From NCBI GenBank assembly GCA_017398485.1, contig JAFQFY010000075.1:8768-72767 (forward strand): a stretch of DNA of 64,000 nucleotides, written 5' to 3'. Shown here piece by piece: positions 26,315 to 33,995 of this stretch (position 1 is its first letter; each line of letters begins with the position of its first letter). Source of the DNA: Clostridia bacterium (GTDB lineage: Bacteria > Bacillota > Clostridia > Oscillospirales > Acutalibacteraceae). The translations under genes were made by a program, and so were the position numbers. Below the pieces are notes generated by a model. The model worked only from the letters and a program-made list of their open reading frames with translations. It had not been told where the DNA came from and did no database searches.

Positions 26315-27607
26315 TCACTGCGTCCAGCCGCCGCGAAACCCGTAGCGGCGCGGCGTTTCCCTTTTAGTACTCGTGCGCGGCGCGTCCTCCATTGCGTAGC
26401 GCAGGGCATCCATCAGGTGATTGTCCCGATCGGTCGGGCGGTTAATGAACGTCCCGTCGCGCACGCCCTGCTGCCAGCAATACGCCGCCAGCTCGGCGGC
26501 GGTGTGCACGCATCGCTCGTGCACGAGCAGGCGGTATTCCTGCAACCGTGCGATGCCTGCGTTGACCGAGTCAGGACCCTTGCACGCCGCCTGGATTCGC
26601 CCGATCCCCAGCCGCCGCAGATCGTCGTTGGATTTCGGCTCGGCACTGTCGGCGCGGATGCGTTCTTTTTGATAGCCTTTTTCCTTGATCATCGCCGCGA
26701 TGTCCTCATTGAGCATACGCGTCTTATAATACTCGTCGTAAATATAGATGACCTTGTGCGTTTCATCCACCGCCGCGGCGATAAAGGCGGTGGGATCGTT
26801 GGTGTAGCCGTAGTCGAGGCCGAACACGTGACGCAGGCCCTCGCGCCGCAGCTCTTGCAGTGAGAACGCCTCCACCTGCCAGTTCTCGAACACCAAACCC
26901 TCGCTGTGTCCCCACTGACCGAGTCCGGCGACCGCGTATTGCCGCGGATTATTCAGCCGCATCTGCTCGTACAGCGCACGGTCGGTGTCGTCGAGGAACT
27001 CGTTACAGCGATAGTCGGTGGTGATAGCCAGCACCTGTTCGTCGGCGCGGTCAAAGAATCGCCCTTTAAGCCAATGGTTTTCGTTCCACGGATTGAACGT
27101 CAGCGTCGTCTGCTTAAACAGCGGCGGCGATACCTGCCCGCGCGGCGCCGAGAGATCGAGCTTGTCAAAATCCGCCTCCCGTGCGATCTCGAACGCCTCC
27201 TCCACCCACACCCAGCACAGCACGCCTTTGGTAACGGTGGTGGAAGCAAGCTTCTCGACATTATCGAGTCCTCGGAACAGAATGCGCTGACCCGTCGGGC
27301 GATAGCGCAATTCCAGCGGCTCGCGGCTTGCCTGCCACAGATGCTCAACCTTTAACCGACGGATCGCCCAGTTGAGCTGTGCAAAGGTGCTGTCGACATG
27401 GGTGCGATGCACCTGCCGCACGACCAGAAGATTTGCCTGCGGATATTTCATCATGTGCAGGATATACCACAGCGCCGTGGTGGAGGATTTTTTGGAAGCC
27501 TTACCGCCCTTGACGACGCGATACCGCCGCCGACAGCGCCAAAACTCGCCGTAACCGCCGCCGACGATCTCCGGCAACGACACCACCGTGCCGATGCCCT
27601 CGATCAT
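26315..27607 (-). CDS. phage terminase large subunit (PBSX-like)
   Basis: N-terminal ATPase with P-loop-like 'VVKGGKASKKSS' and Walker-B-like 'LCWVWVEEAFE'. C-terminal nuclease-like 'VFGLDYGYTNDPTAF'. ATG 27607 overlaps the upstream stop (ATGA). Confidence 0.8.
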   Translation of the reverse strand: MIEGIGTVVSLPEIVGGGYGEFWRCRRRYRVVKGGKASKKSSTTALWYILHMMKYPQANLLVVRQVHRTHVDSTFAQLNWAIRRLKVEHLWQASREPLELRYRPTGQRILFRGLDNVEKLASTTVTKGVLCWVWVEEAFEIAREADFDKLDLSAPRGQVSPPLFKQTTLTFNPWNENHWLKGRFFDRADEQVLAITTDYRCNEFLDDTDRALYEQMRLNNPRQYAVAGLGQWGHSEGLVFENWQVEAFSLQELRREGLRHVFGLDYGYTNDPTAFIAAAVDETHKVIYIYDEYYKTRMLNEDIAAMIKEKGYQKERIRADSAEPKSNDDLRRLGIGRIQAACKGPDSVNAGIARLQEYRLLVHERCVHTAAELAAYCWQQGVRDGTFINRPTDRDNHLMDALRYAMEDAPRTSTKRETPRRYGFRGGWTQ

Positions 27608-27777
27608 TTTCCCGTCAAGTAGGGACGCAGCATACACATCACCTCCTGCAACTCGTCCATTTCCTCCTCGAGCAACGCTACGCGCTTATCGTAGACGATG
27701 CGCTCGCGCGTCAGCTCCTCGTGGCGTCGGCGCAGCTTTTCAAACGACTCTTTGTATACCTGCATCAATTCTTTCAT
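27604..27777 (-). CDS. 57-aa coiled-coil protein between terS and terL
   Basis: MKELMQVYKESFEKLRRRHEELTRERIVYDKRVALLEEEMDELQEVMCMLRPYLTGK. Start lies 1 nt after the terS stop and its stop overlaps the terL ATG. Confidence 0.5.
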   Translation of the reverse strand: MKELMQVYKESFEKLRRRHEELTRERIVYDKRVALLEEEMDELQEVMCMLRPYLTGK

Positions 27778-27778
27778 G

Positions 27779-28171
27779 TCAGTCACCGATATTCTCCTCT
27801 CCGATAAACACGACCGGCGGCGTATCGCCGCCTTGCTTTTCTTCCGCAGGCCTGTCATAGCCGGCGTTGTTTTTGAGATACAGCATGTGCATGTTGGCAC
27901 TCGAGCCGCGACGCATCGCGTGCTCCACCACGCTGGCAGTCGCCTCGCCGCAGGCGCGGCGGATCAACGCCACCTTCCGCCGCGCCGATGCGCTCGTGCA
28001 CGCCACCTCTTCGTGTGCCACGCGATGTAAATCTGCCAGATCCATGTCCAGCTCCGCCGCCAGCCGTTCCGCCGTGAGCGGCACATCCTGCGCTTGTGCA
28101 TATTCCTTGGCACGCTGTATCGCCGCCTCGATGTCCGATTGCCTGCGCTTAGCAAGCGATTTATACTGCAT
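27779..28171 (-). CDS. putative phage terminase small subunit
   Basis: 130 aa immediately upstream of terL, with an HTH-like N-terminal half. The 'MLYLKNNAGYDRP' tail is reminiscent of TerS 'WLKNR' tails. GGGAGGTG RBS before ATG 28171. Confidence 0.55.
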   Translation of the reverse strand: MQYKSLAKRRQSDIEAAIQRAKEYAQAQDVPLTAERLAAELDMDLADLHRVAHEEVACTSASARRKVALIRRACGEATASVVEHAMRRGSSANMHMLYLKNNAGYDRPAEEKQGGDTPPVVFIGEENIGD

Positions 28172-28214
28172 AAGCACCTCCCGATATTGCATTTTGCAAC
28201 TTTACGGATAAAAA

Positions 28215-28409
28215 TTAAAAGCCTTGTCCCAACTCCACCACCACACAGGGAACCCAGCCCTCTCGTCCGACCCACATCTGCGACGTCTTGATCGTCGCGC
28301 CGTCACAATAGGCATCGCTCGCCAGCGGCTCGGCGGTGGAATTATAAAAAATCACCGGTAAATCCGGTGATAATGTAGCCGTGATCTTTTGGATATCCCC
28401 TACTACCAT
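28215..28409 (-). CDS. first gene of the head operon, 64 aa, unknown function
   Basis: GAGGTGAG RBS before ATG 28409. The longer ORF-track start 28433 lies inside the LexA box. No HTH recognised. Confidence 0.5.
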   Translation of the reverse strand: MVVGDIQKITATLSPDLPVIFYNSTAEPLASDAYCDGATIKTSQMWVGREGWVPCVVVELGQGF

Positions 28410-28427
28410 GTTCTCACCTCGTAAACA

Positions 28428-28439
28428 GAACATTTGTTC
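28428..28439. promoter_or_regulatory. LexA (Cheo/SOS) box GAAC-N4-GTTC
   Basis: The sequence aGAACATTTGTTCg lies just downstream of the -10 of the head-operon promoter and about 12 nt upstream of its first RBS. Confidence 0.65.
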
Positions 28440-28450
28440 GTCTGTAAATA

Positions 28451-28479
28451 ATTGTAGACGGTATTTCAGCGTCTGTCAA
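28451..28479 (-). promoter_or_regulatory. consensus promoter TTGACA-17-TACAAT of the head operon
   Basis: -35 is complementary to 28474-28479 and -10 to 28451-28456, with an exact 17-nt spacer. Confidence 0.65.
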
Positions 28480-28481
28480 TA

Positions 28482-28520
28482 GCAAAATGCAACTTTTTTG
28501 AAAATATGGTTGCATTTTGC
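28482..28520. promoter_or_regulatory. perfect 12-bp inverted repeat in the divergent control region (candidate operator of the CI-like repressor)
   Basis: GCAAAATGCAAC (28482-28493), 15-nt spacer, GTTGCATTTTGC (28509-28520). Abuts the head-operon -35 and overlaps the repressor promoter -35 (TTGCAT 28511-28516; -10 TAAGAT 28533-28538). Confidence 0.6.
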
Positions 28521-28580
28521 GATTTTATGTGGTAAGATATTGTCGTAACCTGTCGAAATACTGAATAGGAGTTGAAAAAC

Positions 28581-29225
28581 ATGGATAACCTGACCGCTTT
28601 TCGCTTACGCCAATGCCGTGTCGAATCCCATGAAACACTCGAACAGATCGGCCGCGTCGCCGACGTCAACAAATCCACCGTCATGCGTTGGGAGAAGGGT
28701 GACACCTCCAAGATCAACCTTGCCACCATCCACCTGCTCGCGCACCACTTCCGCGTCAGCCCTCTGTGGTTGCAAGGGTTAACCGATGATCCCACCGTCA
28801 TCGAGACGCCGCGCGATCACCTTACCGCCGACGTCATTCCCCTGCCGATCATTGGCGCTGTGCGCGCCGGTTGCGGCGGATTGGTGTTCGAGGAACACAC
28901 CGATACCGAGCCGATCAACGCCGAGCTTCTGCGCGGCGGCGACGACTATTTCTGGTTGCGCGTGAGCGGCGACAGCATGACGCCCGTCATCAACGACCGC
29001 GATCTGGTGCTGGTGCGTCGGCAGGAAAGCGTCGACAGCGGCCGCTATGCAGTGGTACTCGTCGACGGCGAAGAAGGACTGGTCAAACGCGTGGTATACA
29101 GCGATAACTGGTTGGAGCTGCAAAGTGTCAACCCCTACTATCCCCCACGCCGCTTTGAAGGCGAGCAGATCTCCGAGGTCACCATTATCGGCTTGGTTGT
29201 CGAGAGTAAAAGAAAATATGTCTGA
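28581..29225 (+). CDS. CI/LexA-like repressor: XRE-type HTH fused to an S24 autopeptidase domain
   Basis: HTH 'ETLEQIGRVADVNKSTVMRWEKG'. Cleavage-site-like 'GAVRAGCGG'. S24 boxes 'GDSMTPVI' and 'GLVKRVV'. ATG 28581 lies 9 nt after TAGGAG; the ORF-track start 28572 is TTG. Confidence 0.85.
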   Translation: MDNLTAFRLRQCRVESHETLEQIGRVADVNKSTVMRWEKGDTSKINLATIHLLAHHFRVSPLWLQGLTDDPTVIETPRDHLTADVIPLPIIGAVRAGCGGLVFEEHTDTEPINAELLRGGDDYFWLRVSGDSMTPVINDRDLVLVRRQESVDSGRYAVVLVDGEEGLVKRVVYSDNWLELQSVNPYYPPRRFEGEQISEVTIIGLVVESKRKYV

Positions 29226-29226
29226 A

Positions 29227-29265
29227 CAAAAAAACTGCCGTGCAGATCTCTGCACGGCAGTTTTT
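29227..29265. terminator. bidirectional rho-independent terminator (repressor gene / GH3 gene)
   Basis: A8-CTGCCGTGCAGA-tc-TCTGCACGGCAG-T5. Confidence 0.85.
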
Positions 29266-29275
29266 ATTTATAATA

Positions 29276-30886
29276 TTACATATAATTCTCATCAACGTCC
29301 AACGCAAGCGGCAGAATACCCGTCGCCTTTTCGCGACCCATCAGCACGTCAATGAGTGCATCAATTGTATAAGGGTCTTCTTTCGGAATCGGGCGCATCG
29401 AATTGAGATACACCAACTCGTCCTGGAAATATACGTCGTACATATTGGCAAGACCAGAGGAGATGACGTAACGCTTGCGCGGATCGATACGCCGGATCGT
29501 CCACACGCACTTCATGGCGATATGACCGGGAATGGTGTACACGTTGGTGGCTCCCACCACGCAGAAGATAAAGAGATCATACTTTTCCTGAATCTCTTTG
29601 GCCTCCTTGCCGTCAAGACCAAGGTTCTCCACATAATCCACCTCAAAGCCCTCGGCCGTGAGCTTTTCGATCAGCGACTCCAGCGTCCACGGCACGGCAC
29701 CGCACTGGATACCGCACAGGCATATCTTCTTGACCTTGCTCCTGTCGATCGGGAATTCGGGGTTTTGACGCGTCATTGCCACGATACCTCGTTTGGCGAG
29801 CGCGCGCAGAGTTTCGTGCGCCTGCTTTTCGTCGAGCAGATGCTTGAGATCACGGCTGCCGTCGAGCAGACCGAGTTTATTCTTAAACTCATAGATGCGG
29901 CGCATCGCGTCGTCCAAACGGGACATCGGGATCTCACCGTTTTCCAGCATCTCAACGATCAAGTCCACGGCGTCAAGATTGGGGAACAGCAGAACGTCGT
30001 GACCGGCGGCGAACGCTTCTGCGGTGACGCGGCGCGTGTCACTGCAATCAATGCCGCCCATGACCAGTGCGTCGGTGATGACAACGCCGTCAAAGCCGAG
30101 CTCGTTTTTGAGCAGCTCGGTGGTCACCTCGTAGGAAGTCGTCGCCGGCGGATATTTACCCGTGCGCTCGTCCACTTTTGCATACGCAGGGAACGCAACG
30201 TGGCTGGTCATGACGGACATAACGCCTGCTTCGATAAGCTTACGATAGACATAACCGTGGGTCCTGTTCCACTCGTCCTTCGACATATAGTTACGCGCCA
30301 TCGCCATATGGAAATTACAGGGCGAGGTGCCGATACCGGGGAAATGTTTGGTGGTTGTCGCAACGCCCATCTCCTGACAGCCGCGAATAAACGCACCGAT
30401 CAGTCTTGCGCTCACATCGGGGTCATCGCTGACGAAGTCACCAAACGCGTGGGACATCTTATCCTTCGGCAGATCACAGGACGGCTCCAAACAGTAATCG
30501 ATACCCGTATAGATCTGCTGCATCGCATTGAGCTGACCGGCACGATACGCCAATTCTTCATCATTGGCGGCACCGTATTGCAGTTTACGCATCGGGCAAG
30601 TGATGCCGGCAAAGCCGGTCAAGCCGTCGTGCACAAAAGACATCGGCACGCGACCTTTGTAGTTCTCGACGATCGCCTCGTACGCGCTGACCGTCTCCCC
30701 TTTTTCGGTGTTCGGCTTACGATCCGCATTACCGGAAAAGAAATAAAAGCCGATCGGGTACTTTTCGGTGTCAAAGCCGTACTCGGCAAACTGCCGAGCG
30801 GTCGGTGCCATCATCTGACACACCTTTTCACGCAAGGTCAGGTTTTCAAAGTTGACACCAAAATCCATGTTGTTCGTAGTTTTCAC
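29276..30886 (-). CDS. glycoside hydrolase family 3 protein (NagZ/beta-hexosaminidase-like), copy 1
   Basis: GH3 box 'KHFPGIGTS' and 'VITDALVMGG'. No signal peptide. Start is uncertain: GTG 30886 after GGGGTGG, or ATG 30868. The ORF-track start is 30985. Confidence 0.8.
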   Translation of the reverse strand: MKTTNNMDFGVNFENLTLREKVCQMMAPTARQFAEYGFDTEKYPIGFYFFSGNADRKPNTEKGETVSAYEAIVENYKGRVPMSFVHDGLTGFAGITCPMRKLQYGAANDEELAYRAGQLNAMQQIYTGIDYCLEPSCDLPKDKMSHAFGDFVSDDPDVSARLIGAFIRGCQEMGVATTTKHFPGIGTSPCNFHMAMARNYMSKDEWNRTHGYVYRKLIEAGVMSVMTSHVAFPAYAKVDERTGKYPPATTSYEVTTELLKNELGFDGVVITDALVMGGIDCSDTRRVTAEAFAAGHDVLLFPNLDAVDLIVEMLENGEIPMSRLDDAMRRIYEFKNKLGLLDGSRDLKHLLDEKQAHETLRALAKRGIVAMTRQNPEFPIDRSKVKKICLCGIQCGAVPWTLESLIEKLTAEGFEVDYVENLGLDGKEAKEIQEKYDLFIFCVVGATNVYTIPGHIAMKCVWTIRRIDPRKRYVISSGLANMYDVYFQDELVYLNSMRPIPKEDPYTIDALIDVLMGREKATGILPLALDVDENYM

Positions 30887-30983
30887 AGTCGCCACCCCAC
30901 TTGTATGATCAAACACCGTTCCTATCGTAACCACAATATACCATTTCCTCTCCGTATTTACAACCCTTTTTACGAAAAAATAC

Positions 30984-31021
30984 AAAAAAAATTACCACGC
31001 CGCACAAGGCGGCGTGGTAAT
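30984..31021 (-). terminator. rho-independent terminator after GH3 copy 2
   Basis: Hairpin TTACCACGCCGCC-ttgt-GCGGCGTGGTAA followed on the minus strand by T8. Confidence 0.75.
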
Positions 31022-31058
31022 CGTTCTTTACAAGGTGACAAAATTTGTGTTTTCGCAA

Positions 31059-32666
31059 TCAGCGCTCAAAATACTCGTCGGTTTCCACCTTAAAGGGCAA
31101 CTTGCCGGTCGCCTTCTGGCGGCCTACAAGAACATCGACTACCGCCTGTACCATATCCTCTTCCGTCGCCATAGAATAATCCATAGCATTAACGTAGATC
31201 GGCTCATCCGCGAAATAGACATCATGCAGCTTCGGCGCGCCGAACTGCACGACGCAGCGTTTGCTGCGATCAATACGGCGCATACCCCAAATGGTGCGCA
31301 TCGCCACGTGACCGGGTATAACGTAGGTCGCTGTCAAGCCGGTCGGGCAGGAGATGATCATATCGTACTTCGCTTGGAACTCCTTAACCGTGATGTGGTC
31401 AAGACCAACGTTCTCTTGGAAATCCACCTCAAAGCCTTCCGCTTTGAGCTTGTTGAGGAACAGCGTGTAATCCATATGGTTGTCGCTGCAATGAATCGCG
31501 CACACACAAATCTTCTTGACCTTGTTCTTGTCAATCGGGAACATCGGCGCATTGTGCGTCAGGGCGACAATGCCGCGACGGATGCGCTCCTCGTGAGTAC
31601 GCTTAGCAAAATCCTCGTCGAGCAGATGTTTCAGATTACGGCTGCCGTCAAGCAGACCCATCTTTTCTTTATATTCGTAGATGCGGCGCATCGCGTCGTC
31701 CAGACGAGACATCGGGATCTCGCCCTTTTCCAAACGGTCGATGATGATATCCACCGCATCAAGGCTCGGGAAGAGTAGCACGTCACTGCCGGCGGCAAAC
31801 GAATCCGCCGTCACCTTGGCAGGATCGGTAATATCCAAGGCGCCCATCACCAATGCGTCGGTCACAACCAGACCGTTGAAACCGAGCTTGTTTTTGAGCA
31901 GCTCGGTGGTCAGCTCATACGACACGGTTGCAGGGGGATACTCGCCGTTTTCGTCTTTGGTCGAATACGCCGGCAGCGAATTGTGGCCGGTCATAATTGC
32001 CATGACGCCATCATCAATGAGCTTCTTGTATATTTCACCGAAGCTGCTGTCCCACTCCTCCTTAGACAGATAGGTGCGCTCACGCGCCATGTGAGGATTG
32101 GTGTACGACGAACCCATACCGGGGAAGTGCTTGATAGTTGCGGCAACACCCAGCTCCTGCATACCCTTAACGTAAGCACCGCAAAGCGACAGGCAATCCT
32201 CTTTGATGCCACTAAAGAAATCACCGAAAGCAACCGACATCGGATGAGACGGCAGATCGCAAGACGGCTCCAAGCAAAGATCGACGTCGTTATAAATCTG
32301 TTGCATAGCGGTAACCTTGCCGTAACGATACGCAAGATCGGGATCGTTGGAAGCGCCGATCGAAAGTTTGCGTAGCACAGAGTTGATACCGGCAAAGCCG
32401 GTCAGACCATCGTGCGTGATGGACAACGGCACACGACCTTTGTAATTGTCAACAATAGCCTCGTAAGCACTAATCGTCTCACCGGCTTTCTCATTCGGTC
32501 TTTTGTCGGCGGCACCGGCATACCAAAAGAAGCCGATTGGGTATTTCTCGGTGTCAAAACCATAATCAGAAAACTGTCTGGCGGTAGGTGCCATCAACTG
32601 GCACACCTTTTCTCTTAATGTCAGGTTTTCAAAATTGACGCCAAATTCGTAAGTTGTTTTGCTCAT
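31059..32666 (-). CDS. glycoside hydrolase family 3 protein (NagZ/beta-hexosaminidase-like), copy 2
   Basis: GH3 box 'KHFPGMGSS' and 'VVTDALVMGA'. N-terminus 'MSKTTYEFGVNFENLTLREKVCQLMAP' is colinear with copy 1. GGAGGG RBS before ATG 32666. Confidence 0.85.
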   Translation of the reverse strand: MSKTTYEFGVNFENLTLREKVCQLMAPTARQFSDYGFDTEKYPIGFFWYAGAADKRPNEKAGETISAYEAIVDNYKGRVPLSITHDGLTGFAGINSVLRKLSIGASNDPDLAYRYGKVTAMQQIYNDVDLCLEPSCDLPSHPMSVAFGDFFSGIKEDCLSLCGAYVKGMQELGVAATIKHFPGMGSSYTNPHMARERTYLSKEEWDSSFGEIYKKLIDDGVMAIMTGHNSLPAYSTKDENGEYPPATVSYELTTELLKNKLGFNGLVVTDALVMGALDITDPAKVTADSFAAGSDVLLFPSLDAVDIIIDRLEKGEIPMSRLDDAMRRIYEYKEKMGLLDGSRNLKHLLDEDFAKRTHEERIRRGIVALTHNAPMFPIDKNKVKKICVCAIHCSDNHMDYTLFLNKLKAEGFEVDFQENVGLDHITVKEFQAKYDMIISCPTGLTATYVIPGHVAMRTIWGMRRIDRSKRCVVQFGAPKLHDVYFADEPIYVNAMDYSMATEEDMVQAVVDVLVGRQKATGKLPFKVETDEYFER

Positions 32667-32873
32667 AACGTTACCCTCCGCGTCCGCCTTACGGCGTTTT
32701 GTTTGGTTTACATCACATGCAACTTGTGGTTGCGTTGGTATAATACCATACATTTATTGAAAAATCAACCTGTATTACGGTATTTTTTATTCGAAAAATG
32801 CTTTTCGCGCACATCATACACCATTAAAAAAACGGCTATCGCAATCACTCGCAATAGCCGTTTTTGGCGCATA

Positions 32874-33299
32874 TTAGTCGTCCTGCTCGTCCTCGTCGTC
32901 CTCGCAGTCGAAGTCAAACTCGAGATTCTCGCCGCAGTTGGGGCAGTCGATGCTGCCATCCAGCAAGGTGTCCTCGTCGACCTCAAACTCCTCGCCGCAG
33001 CTCGGGCAGGTCACGTCGTAATACTCATCGTCGTCGCAGTCGCAGCAGCAGCCGTCGCACTCGTCCTCGTCGTCCCACTCCTCGTAGAAATCCTCTTCGA
33101 GAGAGTTGAGGTCCTCATCGACCGCGTCCACCTGCTCGGTGAGTTCAGCGGTGTAGTCCTCGAGATCGGCGACGTTGTTGGACAGATCGTCCAGGATCTC
33201 CGCGATCAGGGCGAACAGCTTGCCCTCGTTGGTCGCTTCGTCCAGCTTCATGCCTTCCATAAGGCCCTTCAAATACGCTACCTTCTCGGTCGTTGTCAT
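32874..33299 (-). CDS. highly acidic protein with C-terminal Cys cluster and zinc ribbon, unknown function
   Basis: 141 aa containing 'CDGCCCDCDDDEYYDVTCPSCGEEFEV...DCPNCGENLEF'. Located directly downstream of efp. Confidence 0.7.
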   Translation of the reverse strand: MTTTEKVAYLKGLMEGMKLDEATNEGKLFALIAEILDDLSNNVADLEDYTAELTEQVDAVDEDLNSLEEDFYEEWDDEDECDGCCCDCDDDEYYDVTCPSCGEEFEVDEDTLLDGSIDCPNCGENLEFDFDCEDDEDEQDD

Positions 33300-33335
33300 A
33301 GCAAATGCCCTCCTTATAGTAAGTTGCAGTTGATC

Positions 33336-33893
33336 TTAAGCGCGCTCCATATACTCGCCGGTACGGGTGTCGATGCGGATCATCTCGCCCTCTTCAATGA
33401 ACAGCGGCACGCGCACCTCGGCACCGGTCTCAAGCGTTGCGGGTTTGGTGGTGTTGGTCGCGGTGTCGCCCTTAAAGCCGGGGTCGGTCTGGGTGACCTG
33501 CAGCTCAACGAAGTTGGGCGGCTCGACGCCGAACACCTTGCCCTTGTAGGACACGATGCGGCAAACCATATTCTCTTTCACGAAACGGAAGTTATCCGAC
33601 AACTCGCTGGCATTGATCGGCACGAGCTCATAGGTCTCGGGATCCATGAAGTAGTACAGATCGCCGTCGTTGTAGGAATACTCCATCTCCTTACGCTCAA
33701 TATAAGCGGTCGGGAACTTGGCAGTGGGGTTGTAGCTCTTTTCAATCACCGCACCGGTGAGCACGTTCTTGGTCTTGGTACGCACGAACGCAGCACCCTT
33801 ACCGGGCTTGACGTGCTGGAACTCAACGACCTGCAACACGTTGCCGTCCTCTTCAAAAGTTACGCCGTTACGAAAATCACCTGCAGAAACCAT
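33336..33893 (-). CDS. efp: elongation factor P
   Basis: 185 aa with '[23 protein letters not shown]', the conserved EF-P loop. Confidence 0.95.
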   Translation of the reverse strand: MVSAGDFRNGVTFEEDGNVLQVVEFQHVKPGKGAAFVRTKTKNVLTGAVIEKSYNPTAKFPTAYIERKEMEYSYNDGDLYYFMDPETYELVPINASELSDNFRFVKENMVCRIVSYKGKVFGVEPPNFVELQVTQTDPGFKGDTATNTTKPATLETGAEVRVPLFIEEGEMIRIDTRTGEYMERA

Positions 33894-33995
33894 AGTGTTA
33901 TTCCTCCATTTTTATTCTACTACATATTGTACCCTATATACGGGCAGATTTCAAGCACTATTTTCAGTTTTTTGCCACTTTCTGGACGAATTTAC

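Larger units (their letters stand above)
21876..29265. mobile_element. compact head-only phage-like cassette (repressor, TerS, TerL, portal, scaffold, capsid, holin) with no tail, integrase, replication or endolysin genes
   Basis: Gene content and order as listed below. Bounded by strong hairpin terminators at 21876-21914 and 29227-29265. No flanking direct repeats found by eye. Confidence 0.7.

Noticed and set aside
21841-29290. Search for att-type direct repeats at the two ends of the phage-like cassette
   Set aside because: The only similarity is A/T runs belonging to the two terminator hairpins. No direct repeat of 10 bp or more was found by eye. A computational repeat search over the full genome context would be needed.
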